NCBI RefSeq assembly: GCF_028641065.1
Contig: NW_026576497.1
Span: forward strand, 1 to 64,000
DNA: 64,000 bases
From: Leucoraja erinacea
Lineage: Eukaryota
Direction: 5' to 3'
The notes beneath the pieces were generated by a model. It worked only from the letters and a program-made list of their open reading frames with translations, made no database searches and was not told the DNA's origin. Position numbers and translations under genes: made by a program. How positions within the stretch are numbered: the first letter of the stretch is position 1; each line of letters starts with the position of its first letter. This document shows, piece by piece, positions 23,927 to 37,603 of this stretch.

Positions 23927-24395
23927 TTGAAACATAGAAAATAGGTGCTGTAGGCCATTCGGCCCTTCGAGCCTGCACCGTCATTCAATATGATCATGGC
24001 TGATCATCCAACTCAGTATTCTGTACCTGCCTTCTCTCCATACCCCCTGATCCACAAGGGCCACATTAGCCACAAGGGCCACATCCAACTCCCTCTTAAA
24101 TATAGCCCATGAACTGGCCTCAACTACCTTCTGTGGCAGGGAATTCCAGAGATTCACCACTCTCTGTGTGAAAAATTTTTTCTCATCTCGGTCCTAAAAT
24201 ATTTCCCCCTTATCCTTAAACTGTGACTTCTTGTTCTGGACTTCCCCAACATCGGGAACAATCTTCCTGCATCTAGCCTGTCCAACCCATTAAGAATTTT
24301 GTACGTTTCTATAAGATCCCCCCTCAATCTTCTAAATTCTAGCCAGTACAAGCCGAGTCTATCCAGTCTTTCTTCATATGGAAGTCCTGACATTC
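23927..24395 (-). mobile_element. CR1 3' fragment
   Basis: CR1 tail and RT C-terminal remnant. Confidence 0.88.
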
Positions 24396-24894
24396 ATGGT
24401 GATCTATCTTTCCCTCACAACCCCACTTTTTTGCCCTCTTCCGTAAAGCCTGACATCATAAACGGGGAAAAACACGCAAACTATATAAAATAAAGGGAAA
24501 CATTTTTTTAATGAAAACAACAATACACCTGCGGTCCAATTACAATATAACAATTGCAACGCTCAACGCCGAGCCCATCAAAGACGCCATCCTGCCCACT
24601 CACGCATTTCACCATTGCTATCGCGAAGAAGGGACAGGAGCCTGAAAACCGCAACGTCCCAGGTTCAGGAGCCCCACTTCTTCAAAATGGGGTGCTCGTC
24701 CTAAACTTTAATTCACTATACGTTTTAGATTTTTTTTGGTGGATGTGGAAGTCTGTGTTGTGAGATAAAAAATTTATTAAACTTTCCCGATTTTTTTCTT
24801 TAGGTTTTCCTTAAAGTTTAGGACGAGCCCCCACTTCTTCCAAAGAAACCATCAGGTCTTAAACACAACGACAAACCAGCCGAACTAAAACAGA

Positions 24895-24976
24895 CTATTA
24901 TTATTATTATTGCAGATATGTGTTTATTTATTGAGTATGCGTGCATGTGTATGTACACTCACTGAATCTTTTATTA

Positions 24977-25023
<47 letters not shown>

Positions 25024-25100
25024 TATTATTATTATTGTTGTAGTATATGTGTTTATTTATTGAATATATGTGCATGTGTATGTACACTCACTGCATCTTT
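24895..25100. repeat. (TTA)n microsatellite with a duplicated ~60-bp flank
   Basis: Long TTA run; GTGTTTATTTATTGA..GCATGTGTATGTACACTCACTG occurs twice. Confidence 0.85.
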
Positions 25101-25501
25101 TTGCTTTCTCCCGTTATGTATTATGTTTACATATTCTGTTGTGAACTTAGGCTGAATAGTTTATACTGCATGGCTGCAGAGAAAGGACAGGTGACGTTTC
25201 GGGTCGAGACTTCTTGCTCCTCAGTGGTGAGAGATAAATCGTCCCGCAGTTACTCCAGCTTTTTGCGCGTATCTTCGGTTTAAACCAGCACCTGAGTTCC
25301 TTTCGCATTCCTGAATTATAGACAATCAATGTGGGATGTACGGGTGATTCAGAACTAGCTTAGATTGAGCTGCTTTGGGCAGCATGGCCAATTTTTCGCC
25401 AACATGCGGTTTCTGTGATGCATGACCCTATGACAATGATTTACAACACAGGATAAGAAAAAAATCGCCGTCAATTTGTCTCCTGATCCATCGGGCTGTT
25501 C

Positions 25502-26541
25502 AACATAGAAACACAGAAATTAGGTGCAGGAGTAGAGGCCATTCGGCCCTTCGAGCCTGCACCGCCATTCAATATGATCATGGCCGATCATCCAACTCAG
25601 TATCCCGTACCTGCCTTCTCTCCATACCCTCTGATCCCTTTAGCCACAAGGGCCACATCTAACTCCCCCTTAAATATAGCCAATGAACTGTAGCCTCAAC
25701 TACCTTCTGTGGCAGATAATTCCAGAGATTCACCACTCTCTGTGTGAAAATGTTTTTTCTCATCTCAGTCCTAAAAGATTTCCCCCTTATCCTTAAACTG
25801 TGACCCCTTGTCCTGGACTTCCCCAACATCGGGAACAATCTTCCTGCATCTAGCCTGCCCAACCCCTGAATAATTTTGTACGCTTCTATAAGATCCCCCC
25901 TCAATCTTCTAAATTCCAGCGATCGCCTCTTGATCCAATCCAATGCGTTTTACAAATTACAGCAATTCAAGGAAATCGAGCTATGCTTACATTTGTAGAA
26001 GTCTCCTAAACAACCATGGTCTCTTCGTCAATTGAGCACAACAGTATTCTCATTGTAGAGTTTTGTGGGACCATTTTATACCGTCGCTTTCTGACTAAAA
26101 AAAATGCATTCAGTACATTAACCCATTTGATGTTAACATTTTCGTTTAATCCCAGGTATTTCAGACTACATTCAAGGCGTTTTGAATGTATTTTACCGTA
26201 GGCTAGCGATATGGACCGTTCCGTTAAGCGCTCTTCAGATGACCTGCTTTAACTGGATTTAAACCGTGCACTGGATTAGAAACATAGAAACATAGAAATT
26301 AGGTGCAGGAGTAGGCCATTCGGCCCTTCGAGCCTGCACCGCCATTCAATATGATCATGGCTGATCATCCAACCCAGTATCCCGTACCTGCCTTCTCTCC
26401 ATACCCCCTGATCCCCTTAGCCACAAGGGCCACATCTAACTCCCTCTTAAATATAGCCAATGAACTGGCCTCAACTACCCTCTGTGGCAGAGAGTTTCAG
26501 AGATTCACCGCTCTCTGTGTGAAAAAAGTTCTTCTCATCTC
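25502..26541 (-). mobile_element. Two CR1 3' fragments (25502-25922, 26277-26541) upstream of GPCR-C
   Basis: CR1 tails. Confidence 0.85.
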
Positions 26542-26584
26542 GATTCAACTGTAAACTGTGGTCTCACTACTTTCCGTGCCTTAT

Positions 26585-26695
26585 ATTAATTAATATAAAC
26601 GTAAAAATGCGTCCTTTTACTTGTTTGTTCATGAGACTGTAACTAACGACCATGACGGTGCAACCTAATTACCGTTAAACCCTGGTATAAATAGA
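26585..26695 (+). promoter_or_regulatory. Proximal promoter of GPCR gene C
   Basis: ATTAATTAAT, TTGTTTGTTC (26621-26630), TGTAACTAACGA, CTAATT and TATAAATA. Confidence 0.55.
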
Positions 26696-26746
26696 TGTGC
26701 TCTCGTGCTCGGCATACACCTGTGGCCTGCGAGCATATCAGGGAGA

Positions 26747-26816
26747 ATGCACGCACCCGGAAATGGCCTGGTCTTTGCCATATATTATTCAGTTCTTGCA
26801 GCCTTCGGAGTTCCAG
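26747..26816 (+). CDS. GPR139-like GPCR gene C, coding exon 1
   Basis: MHAPGNGLVFAIYYSVLAAFGVP+G, 70 nt, donor GTAGAC; TATAAATA at 26686-26693. Confidence 0.88.
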
Positions 26817-27707
26817 GTAGACGTTTGAAGTGCTAAACGCGCGTAGTGGACGTTAGAGCCCCTCCGCGCTGAGTTGACGATTACAATGTTTTTCTGTGTT
26901 AATTTTTCCTTTCCAGATTCCTTGCGGTGCTACCACTCCTGTGCTAGGATTCTCCACGGCTAGTTCATTGATTTATTCGCCTAAAATCCGGCTTGAGAAA
27001 CGTGACCGGTCTCAAGGAAATTTGACACTTGCTCTCTGTGTATCATTGAAACACTCATTTAATTTATGCTTTCTGCTTTCAAGGTATTTTCAATTTAACT
27101 GTTGATCTGAAACCTTTCAATGATTCGTTTTTCCTCTCATGGACATAGTTTACGATTTCTCGGACTGTTGCCCCATCCTCCTTGTTTAAGAAGGAACTGC
27201 AGATGCTGGAAAATCGAAGGTACACAATAATGCTGGCGAAACTCAGCGGGTGCAGCAGCATCCATGGGGCGAAGGAAATAGGCAACGTTTCGCGCCGAAA
27301 CCCTTCTTCTTCGATTCAAATGAAAGCCGGGAGCAGCATTTCCTGACGTAAATTGATTTAATTTTAGGGACTGCAAAGAGTACAGATAGCGGAGAAGCTT
27401 TAACCAAGAAATCAATGGGCCGGTTGGAAACATCTGTGGAAGGAAATTGACAGAGAACGGTTCTGGTCGGGACCTTTCTTCAGAGTATATAGAACGGTCG
27501 GAACAAGAACGTGTTATTTCTCTCTGCAGATGTTACCTGAGCCGCTGCCTCGTGCAATTATTTGGAATGTTGTTATAATATATTGGCGGTAAATGTATCA
27601 TGCCATCGAGGGTACTGAATCATCGCCGAGTTATCATATTCGTGGACCTTCATATCTGCAGATTCGATGCTTATTTACCCTCCCGTGCTTGTCTATCGCC
27701 TTTAGAC

Positions 27708-30700
27708 GATAGACAATAGGAACATAGAAACATAGAAAATAGGTACAGGAGTAGCCATTCGGCCCTTCGAGCCTGTACCGCCATTCAATATGATCATGGC
27801 TGATCATCCAACTCGGTATCCTGTACCTGCCTTCTCTCCATACCCCCTGATCCCCTTAGCCACAAGGGCCACATCTAACTCCCTCTTAAATATAGCCAAT
27901 GAACTGTGGCCTCAACTACCCTCTGTGGCAGAGAGTTCCAGAGATTCACCACTCTCTGTGTGAAAAAAGTTCTTCTCATCTCGGTTTTAAAGGATTTCCC
28001 CCCTTATCCTTAAGCTATGACCCCTTGTTCTGGACTTCCCCAACATCGGGAACAATCTTCCTGCATCTCGCCTGTCCAACCCCTTAAGAATTTTGTAAGT
28101 TTCTATAACATCCCCCCCTCAATCTTCTAAATTCTAGCGAGTACAAACCGAGTCTATCCAGTCTTTCTTCATGTGGAAGTCCTGACATCCCAGGAATCAA
28201 TCTGGTGCAATAGGTGCAGGAGTAGGCCATTCGGCCTTTCGAGCCAGCACCGCCATTCAATGTGATCTTGTCCGACCATCCACGATCAGTACCCCGTTCC
28301 TGCCTTCTCCCCAAATCCCCTGCCTCCACCACTATTTTTAATTATTTGTTTATCTCTTGTTTCCGCTTAACGTTGTCGGCGATCAGGATAACGCGGTATT
28401 TCTCTTATGTCTTTGCGTGCTGTTCGATGCTGATATCAAAGCCGACGGTAACTATATCTATTTTCCAGGGGGTGTTACAAATTACGGCTGCCGTATATCA
28501 TAACCAGATAAATTATTTGGTTATCTGGGGTGGCACAGCAGCGGAGAGTTGCCGCCTTATGGCGCCAAACACCCGGGATCGATCCTGATTATGCGCGATG
28601 TCTGTGTGGAGTTTGCACGTTTTCTATGTTACAGGACGGAACCCCTGTTCAGCCACATTGCCGTGTAAAAGAAAAACAGTTTGAAGAAGGGCTCCGACCC
28701 GAAATGTCGCCTATTCCTTTCATACAAACATAGAAACATAGAAAATAGGTGCAGGAGTAGGCCATTCGGCCCTCCGAGCCTGCACCGCCATTCAATATGA
28801 TAATGGTTGATCATCCAACTCAGTATCCCGTACCTGCGTTCTCTCCATACACCCTGATCCCTTTAGCCACAAGGGCCACATCTAACTCCCTCTTAAATAC
28901 AGCCAATGAACTGTGGCCTCAACTACATTCTGTGGCAGAGAATTCCACAGATTCACCACTCTCTGTGTAAAAAATATTTTTCTCATCTCAGTCATAAAAG
29001 ATTCCCTCCTTAACCTTAAACATCCTCATGCAGAGATGTTCCCTGGTCCGCTGAGTTCCTACTACATCATGTGTCTCTCTTCGGTATAAACCAGCTGCAA
29101 CTTCCTACAGATGAAGCCCTGAATACTTTGAATTGTCTCATTTCCCCAGTATTTACCCGTTTTCTGCTGCTTTCCGATGGAGTTATTCAGCTGGCGTATG
29201 CTTGTTGCGAGAGTTGACCGCGCGCTGTCCTTGGATGTGAATTGTTTCCCCTTCTTCGCCAATCGTTGACTCTCCCTCTGTTTTTTTGGAAAATGTTCAT
29301 TGTTGTTGACCTGCCGTTTTTACCTCATTAACGAATCATTGCGGTGAAGCGTCTGATATCCATGGTGTTGCTTCAGATGGTAAGGACATGTAATCGGTAT
29401 CTATATCTTCTGCTTTCTCGCGTCCGGACATATTCTATATCACGCCTTTCCCCCTTATCCTTAAACTGTGACCTCTTGTTCTGGACTTCCCCAACATCGG
29501 GAACAATTTCCTGCATCTAGCCTGTCCAACCCCTTAAGAATTTCGTAAGTTTCTATAAGATCCCCCCTCAATCTTCTAAATTCTAGCGAGTACAAACCGA
29601 GGCTATCCAGTCTTTCTTCACGTGAAAGTCCTGACATCCCAGGAATCAGTCTGGTGAACCTTCTCTGTACTCCATCTATGGCAATAATGTCCTTCCTCAG
29701 ATTTGGAGACCAAAACTGTACGCAATACCCCAGGTGTGGTCTCACCAAGACCCTGTACAACTGCAGTAGAACCTCCCTGCTCCTATACTCAAATCCTTTT
29801 GCTATGAATGCTAACATACCATTCGCCTTCTTCACTGCCTGCTGCACCTGCATGCCTACTTTTAATGACTGGTGTACCATGACACCCAGGTCTCGTTGCA
29901 TCTCCCCCTTTCCTAATCGGCCACCATTCAAATAATAATCTACTTTCCTGTTTTTGCCACCAAAGTGGATAACCTCACATTTATCCACATTATACTATAC
30001 AGTTCCTGTCATTAGCATTGCCCGAGATGCGCCACGTGGAGGCTTGTGCTTGCGTCCCGGTATCTATATATTGTTTGCTGAATACATTTCCACGTAGCTT
30101 GTTCAGCTATGGCAGTTGTGCTGTGGTCTAAACTATTTTAGCTCCTCACTGCACTGCAAACCAACTTAATTCTGGGGCACCACATTGTAGAATGGCATAC
30201 TTGCCAATGTTGATTGCCAGTTTGAAGAGCAAATTGATTTATTGGTTCTGAGAAACTACACGCACATTACATGCGTGGAAAGCGATTTAGTACGAAGGCG
30301 AGGATAGACAGAAATGTCTGAGTAACTCAGGCGGTCCGATTGCTGCTCTGAAGAACAGGAATCGGTGGGTGACGTTTCGGATCGAGTACCTTCTTTAGAC
30401 TGCGAATGTGAAACAGGTGATACGATAGATTTCAAACGCCGGATAATGTAAATGCATTAAATACAGGTATGTTGTAGGGTTAGTTGGCACAGTTGTCGGC
30501 TGATTATTATTTACTCGGCTCGTACTCGCTAGAATTTAGAAGATTGAGGGGGGATCTTATAAAAACGTACACCATTCGTAAGGGGTTGGACAGACTAGAT
30601 GCAGGAAGATTGTACCCGATGTCGGGGCCAAGGACTAGGTCGGGAACTCCCCCTTGCTTCTAGTGTGGATTAAATGGCCCTAATGAGGAAAGACATTCTT

Positions 30701-31195
30701 GCCATAGAGGGAGTACAGAGAAGGTTCACCAGACTGATTCATGGGATATCAGGACTTTCATATGAAGATAGACTGGATAGATTCGGCTTGTACTCGCTAG
30801 AATTTAGAAGATTGAGGGGGGATCTTATAGAAACTTACAACATTTTTAAGGGGTTGGACAGGAAGATTGTACCCGATGTTGGGGAAGTTCAGAACAAGGG
30901 GTCACAGTTTAAGGATAATGGGGAAATCTTTTAGGACCGAGATGAGAAAAACATTTTTTCCACACAGAGAGTGGTGAATCTGTGGAATTCTCTGTCACAG
31001 AAGGTAGTTGAGGCCACAGTTCATTGGCTATATTGAAGAGGGAGTTAGATGTGGCCCTTGTGCCTAAAGCGATCAGGAGAGAAGGCAGGGATGGGATACT
31101 GCGTTGGATGATCAGCCATGATCATATTGAATGGCGGTGCAGGCTCGAAGGGCCGAATGGCCTACGCATGCATCTATGTTCTATGTTCTATGTTC
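27708..31195. mobile_element. Four CR1 fragments in the GPCR-C intron (27708-28206 minus, 28727-29020 minus, 29447-29995 minus, 30510-31195 plus)
   Basis: RT C-terminal ORFs and tails. Confidence 0.85.
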
Positions 31196-31222
31196 ACCCG
31201 AAGTCTCCCTTCTTTATTGCAG

Positions 31223-32145
31223 CGAACCTGGCGACAATTGTGATTCTGTCGCATGGAATGCGCGGCCTCTCGAAGTGTATCACTCGCTACCTGTTGTTCA
31301 TGGCGGTGGCGGATGTTCTGGTCATTGTTACCGCTGTGATACTCAGCCGTCTTCGGGCCATTTATTTCTCGGGCAGCATTCTCTCCACCACCCCGGCCTG
31401 CAGTCTAATTATAGTGCTCAGTTGGATTTCCAAAGACGGTTCCGCCTGGTTGACGGTCGCGTTCACCTTTGATCGATTCATCGCTATATGCTGCCAGAAA
31501 CTGAAGTTGAGGTACTGCACCGAGAAAACAGCGGCAGCCGTTATAGCAACCATCTGGATTCTCGACTGTTTGAAGAACATTCCTCTTTTCTTCGCATACG
31601 AGCCTATGTATATCATCAATAACGTCGCTTGGTATTGCAACCTGAAGGAAATGTTTTATACTCTAGCTGCTTGGAGATTTTACGAGTGGCTCCATCTTAT
31701 GTTAAACCCATGTCTCCCCTTCGTCCTAATTTTGCTGCTCAATTTTCTTACCGTTAGATACATTCTCGTGGCCAGTAAAGCACGCAGCAGACTCCGAGCC
31801 CAGAGCAACAGCGACAAACAGGGCGACTCGGAGATGGAGAGCAGAAGAAAGTCCATAATTTTACTCATGGCCATCTCGGGCAGTTTTATCATGTTGCGTT
31901 TGACGTATATTGTCAATTTCTTATTCGTACAAATTTCCGGCAACAATTACGCCAGCGGTTCCAATTCCAACAAGCCGCAGTTTATCCTCCAGGAAAGCGG
32001 GTACATGTTGGAGATTCTTAGTTCCTGCATCAACACGTGCATTTATGTGGGTACGCAGTCCAAATTCAGAGAGATGTTGACGTTTGCGGTTCAATACCCT
32101 TTGAGTGTTGTCCGCAAATGTTTGGCGTCGAGGGCAGGTTTGTAA
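31223..32145 (+). CDS. GPR139-like class A GPCR gene C, coding exon 2 (330 aa spliced)
   Basis: Acceptor tattgcag|CG AAC CTG. Open 7TM frame with FTFDRF, NPCLPF and NTCIY; close paralog of gene B. Confidence 0.92.
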
Positions 32146-32774
32146 AAAGGATCTGTGCCAGACTGGACCAACTTAGTTGCGGTTCTCCCGTCTTCACGAA
32201 TTTTCTCGCAATTCGTTTTCAGTGGTGGCATACCTTTCCTTTAAGCCAATGGCCTGAAATACCCAGTAGTTACAGTCACACTCTGCTGCTTATATTCTTA
32301 TATGCTCGCTGCATTTGTTGAAACGGGGTGGACCATGCGAAGGTTGCAACCTCCCACAGGTATAGTGAGACAGGAGTGGGCAAGGAATCGTCTGATGAAT
32401 GCGTAGATCTGCCGTTGGATTAAGTATAGTTGGGGTCCGTTGCAGGTGTTAGTGAGTGGGAGTTAAAGTGGGGTCCTGCCGGTGCCGGCGCCGTCGCAGC
32501 CAGAGCAGATCGCAGGGCACGGACGGAGAACTGCCGTGTATAATAAAATAGTACAGTGAAGTGTGCTATACAATCTGCTGATATAATACCAATCAGGAAT
32601 AGAATAAAGCCTAATACCAGTACAAAAGGTAAAGCGATGAGGAAGCTGACAAATTGCAGAAATAGTGACAAGCGTTCAGCGAGAAAACAGATTTAAATGA
32701 GTGAGGCGATTGTGTTGGATGATACTGGAGCTTCCTCTGTCACCAACCTCGCTCCCGTGCCATCGTAGATATCT

Positions 32775-33412
32775 CCACACACAGTGTCACGCGCAGCACA
32801 TACACGCACACATACACACACGCACACATCCACTCGCGCACGCACGCGCACGCGCTCACACGTACGTACACACGCGCNNNNNNNNNNNNNNNNNNNNNNN
32901 NNNNNNNNNNNNNNNNNNNNNNNNNNNNNNNNNNNNNNNNNNNNNNNNNNNNNNNNNNNNNNNNNNNNNNNNNNNNNNNNNNNNNNNNNNNNNNNNNNNN
33001 NNNNNNNNNNNNNNNNNNNNNNNNNNNNNNNNNNNNNNNNNNNNNNNNNNNNNNNNNNNNNNNNNNNNNNNNNNNNNNNNNNNNNNNNNNNNNNNNNNNN
33101 NNNNNNNNNNNNNNNNNNNNNNNNNNNNNNNCACNNNNNNNNNNNNNNNNNNNNNNNNNNNNNNNNNNNNNNNNNNNNNNNNNNNNNNNNNNNNNNNNNN
33201 NNNNNNNNNNNNNNNNNNNNNNNNNNNNNNNNNNNNNNNNNNNNNNNNNNNNNNNNNNNNNNNNNNNNNNNNNNNNNNNNNNNNNNNNNNNNNNNNNNNN
33301 NNNNNNNNNNNNNNNNNNNNNNNNNNNNNNNNNNNNNNNNNNNNNNNNNNNNNNNNNNNNNNNNNNNNNNNNNNNNNNNNNNNNNNNNNNNNNNNNNNNN
33401 NNNNNNNNNNNN
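32775..33412. repeat. (CA/CG)n microsatellite and N-masked tract
   Basis: CA-rich repeat running into Ns. Confidence 0.85.
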
Positions 33413-36079
33413 AGCGCAGAACTTCAGAGACTTGAATTTATTGATCGGTTTTATTCATGGCACCTATGTAGACCAAGAGTTCAACTGGTGTCCTTTGACT
33501 CAGTCATCGAAGACTGAAGGGAATAATAGAGAAACACAGACAGAATTCTGCTAATTTGTCGAATGTATCTCGCTAGATAACAACTGAAGTAAAAAACGAT
33601 TAGTCGCAGACTCATAGAATCACACAACATAGAAACATAACTCCACCCAACTTGCCCATGCGGAAAAAATGCCTCGTATACTTTTTATCCAATTTCCCCC
33701 TAAACCAGTCATATCCATGTACCCGTCAAAATATCCTTTACATTCAGTTGTAGCACCTGCCACATTTACGTCCCGTGGCGTTTTGTTCCCTAAACCCAAC
33801 ACCATCTGTGTAAAAACGTTGAACCTACGGTTCCGAATAAACGTTTTTCCTCTCATCTTTAACCTTTGTCGTCTCGTTCTTGATACACTTGCTCTGGATA
33901 AAGGGTTCTGCGCATTCGACCCATCTAGTCCCCCGAAGCTATTATACGCACAGAACAGCGTCTCTCGGACTCCTGCGTTCTTAGGAATAAATACTAGCCT
34001 GCCCAACATCTTTATGTAGCCTAGGAGCTCAGGTCCGGCCAACGTCCTCGTAAATTATCTGCGTGCACTTATCCCTGCTGAGCCATTCCTTTAGGAGCGT
34101 GGCCAAAACTGAAACAAACGTCCAAATGCGGCCCCGCCGAGGTCTTGTTGAAATGTAAGATGCAATCACAACCTCGATGGTACCCTGAAAGTTGAAGGCC
34201 AATACACCACAACACTTCTTGCCCTCTCCATATACCGGTCATACCATGCGCAATGTGCCACGTGTCCTGCACGTCTTGATCCCTACGTTCTACAACTATT
34301 CCCAGGGCCCTGACGTTCACTGCGAAGGTCAAGCCCTGGGTTGACTCAAAACATGCATCTTGCACTTATCTGCATCAAACTCCATTAAATGATCAAGGGC
34401 CTGCTGCACTTTTTCCTAATCAATTTCTCTATACACACTTCATGTTTCCCAAGGTTTCTGTACGGTTCCCGGAGGTTCCCGGTGGTTTTTGTCAGTCTCC
34501 CCACCTGCTTCCACTACTTGCAACCTCCGGCAACCACCTGCAACCTCCGGGAACCGCACGGAAACCTTGGGTGGGGTGCAAAGTCTCCAGAGGTTTCCGT
34601 TTAGGTTTCCTAAGTGGGACAGGGGCACTTCCGTGTTTTTTCAGGATCGAGTGATTTAAAAACCGGTCGGGGCCTGCCGGCAACACATACCTTCAAGGTC
34701 GGCAGAGGAGCAGCATGTGAAGGGGTCAGTGCGGGGATTTACAGAGAAGGTAATCTCTTGCGGAGTTGGTCAGTGTTTTTTTCTGGAGCAGGTCATTTAA
34801 CAAGGATTGGCTGAAATGGGGAGCGGCCTTGTCGAGGGAAGTGCCTTTGAGAAAGTTGCGAGTCTGTGGCTCGAGAGTCTTCGCCGAGCAGGCTGAGGTA
34901 GGAGACTACTCCAAAAAATTGGAGAGGTTGAGAAGCAGTGAAGAAATGCAGGTAAACTGATTCAGGTGATGCTGGCGGGACGTGAGAGGTCAGGGACATT
35001 GCTGGTGCCTCTGGCTGCTACAACTGTGAACAGTGTGTCCACGTTCAGCTCCTGAAGGACTGTGTTGGGGCACTGCAGAGGCAACTGAATGAACTCAGGA
35101 TCATCCGGGCAAACGGAGAGTTTTCTGCGCGGGACCTACAGCGAGATCGTCACACCGAAGATACCGGAAGAGAGAAGGAAGCTTAGAGTACAGGAGACCC
35201 TGGGGGATGTACCTGTTGAAAACAGGTTCACCCTCTTGGAAGCTGTCGGGACAGAAGACTCTGCCATTCGGTGCGTGGGGCCAAGGTCTGCAAGTCAATG
35301 CCGAAGAGGCAGACGTCAGGCAGAGCCGTGGCAGTCGGGGACTGGCAGCAGGATGGTGTATTGTCTCCCTGGTGCCAGGCTCCAGGACGTCACGGACCGA
35401 TTGCAGAGCATCCTCAAGGGTGAAGGTGAGCAGCCGGAAGTGGTCATGCATGTTGGTACAAACGATGTCGGGAAGAAGAAGAAAGATATTCTACAGCGTG
35501 ACTTCAGAGAGCTCGGAAGAAGGCTGAAAAGCAGGACCTCCAGGGTGGTTATCTCCGGTTTGCTTCCCGTTCCTCGTGCTGGCGAGGGCACGAACAGGGA
35601 GATACGGGACCTGAATGTCTGGCAGAGGAACTGGTGCAGGAGGCAGGGATTTAGATTCTTAGACCACTGGGAAATGTTTTGGGGGTAAGGGTGAATTGTA
35701 CAAAAAGTGAGGGGTTGCACCTTAGCAGGCGGGGGACCAGCATTCGGGCAGGCAGGTTGGACACTGCTACACGGGTGGGTTTAAACTGAGGTGAGGGGGA
35801 AGAGACAAATTGGAAATACAAGAATAGAGTTAAAGGAAAAGATAGTATAGGAAACGTTAAGAAAAACACCAGATTTGACGTGGCAGAAAGCTCACGAAGT
35901 GACAGGTGGGTTATGTCCAAGTGGATAGAAAACGATGTGAAAGATNNNNNNNNNNNNNNNNNNNNNNNNNNNNNNNNNNNNNNNNNNNNNNNNNNNNNNN
36001 NNNNNNNNNNNNNNNNNNNNNNNNNNNNNNNNNNNNNNNNNNNNNNNNNNNNNNNNNNNNNNNNNNNNNNNNNNNNNNN

Positions 36080-37050
36080 TCATATATATTTTCATAATAC
36101 ATTTTATGTACAACTTCTTTTTTTTTTTGTTACATTGAAAAAAGATGAGAATAAGAAAAATAAGTCAGATAGTAAAGGATAGAAAGATGTGAAATATATA
36201 GTGTGAAGAAAGAAAACGAGTAAATGAAGAAAGTTGAGAGAGAAAATAGTGAAAATAAAATAAAATAAAAAAGAAAAGGAGATCATTATTATTAGAAGTT
36301 AATACAGTACAAAACAGTACAGTGGAACTTAATTTTAGGTGCCAACTATGTCGTACCGTAATCCATTCTATGTACAACCTCTAGTTTTATATTATGACAG
36401 GGAAGTAAGCAAGACAAGAAAAATAATACAATAGAAAGAGGAAAAAGTGGAAAAATGGATGGTAGAGAGTAGAAAAACGTGAAGTGTGTATATAAAAAAT
36501 AAAAAATAAAAATAAAAAGTAGAAAGTAGAAATAGAAGAGAAGGCCCCTTAAAAGAGAAATTTTCAAAATGGTATTCGGAGATGTAGATCTATCCACGTC
36601 ATGAACTGAAATCAGCAATCTTTACGGTATCACATGATTCCAAAAAGTCGATGAAAGGAGACCAACTCCTTAAGAATTGGTCATATTTATCTATTAGTCG
36701 GAGTCTCATTTCTTCGAGGCGTGCTATGTCCATCATATTCCTAATCCACATTTTAACAGTTGGTATGGTTGTATTTTTCGAAATTTAAGTATCAATTTCT
36801 TTCCAATTATTAACCCATAATTAAAAAAAAACATTTTGGTCTTTATTTAAATTGGTATCTTCTCCTATTATTCCAAATATAATCCATTCCGTTTTGGGTT
36901 CTATTCTTGACTTGAAAAGCTTTGTAAATATATCAAATATATCACTCCAAAATTTATTCAACTTTGTACATCCTACAAATGAATGTGTTATATTAGCGTT
37001 TTGAAACAAACATTTATCGCATCTGGGAGAGACGTTTGGATAAAATGTAT
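36080..37050 (-). mobile_element. L1/Tx1-clade LINE 3' fragment inserted in the CR1
   Basis: CDKC..ITHSFVGC CCHC-type zinc knuckle and L1 C-terminus. Confidence 0.78.
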
Positions 37051-37603
37051 TCAACCTCGAATATATATGAATGCACGAAGTATAAGTAGTAAAGTGGATG
37101 AGTTTGAGAATCAGTTAGAGATTGGTAGATATGACATCATTGGGATTACAGATACATGGCTGCAGGGGGATCCTGACTAGGAACTGAATATTTAGGGTTA
37201 TACGTCCGATAGATAGGACAGGCAGGTGGGAAGAGGAGGTGGGGCAGCTCTGTGGCTGATAGATTAAATTCAGTCCCTTGCGAGGGGTGACATAGGGACT
37301 GACGATGGAGATTCGCTGTGGATAGAATTGAGGAATTGTGAACGTAATTATATTGTATTGTATTGTATTGTATATCTTTATTGTCATTTTCCTGAGTACT
37401 CACATACCCAGAGGAAACAAAAATACGTTGCTCAACCAGTGTCCATTCAGTGTGCAGTAAAAATAAATAGAAATAAAAATACATATATCAGGAACAAATT
37501 AACACTCTACTCTCTACTAAACATCAACATGCGTTCCGATCGGCAGCGGCACGACAGTGGCTCTGCTGCAGTGTGTCCAGGTTGATGGTTGGTGCGCGAT
37601 ACC

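Noticed and set aside
31024-31222. N-terminal extension of the 373-aa ORF as the real GPCR-C start
   Set aside because: It is CR1 3' sequence within the intron; a proper exon 1 exists at 26747-26816.
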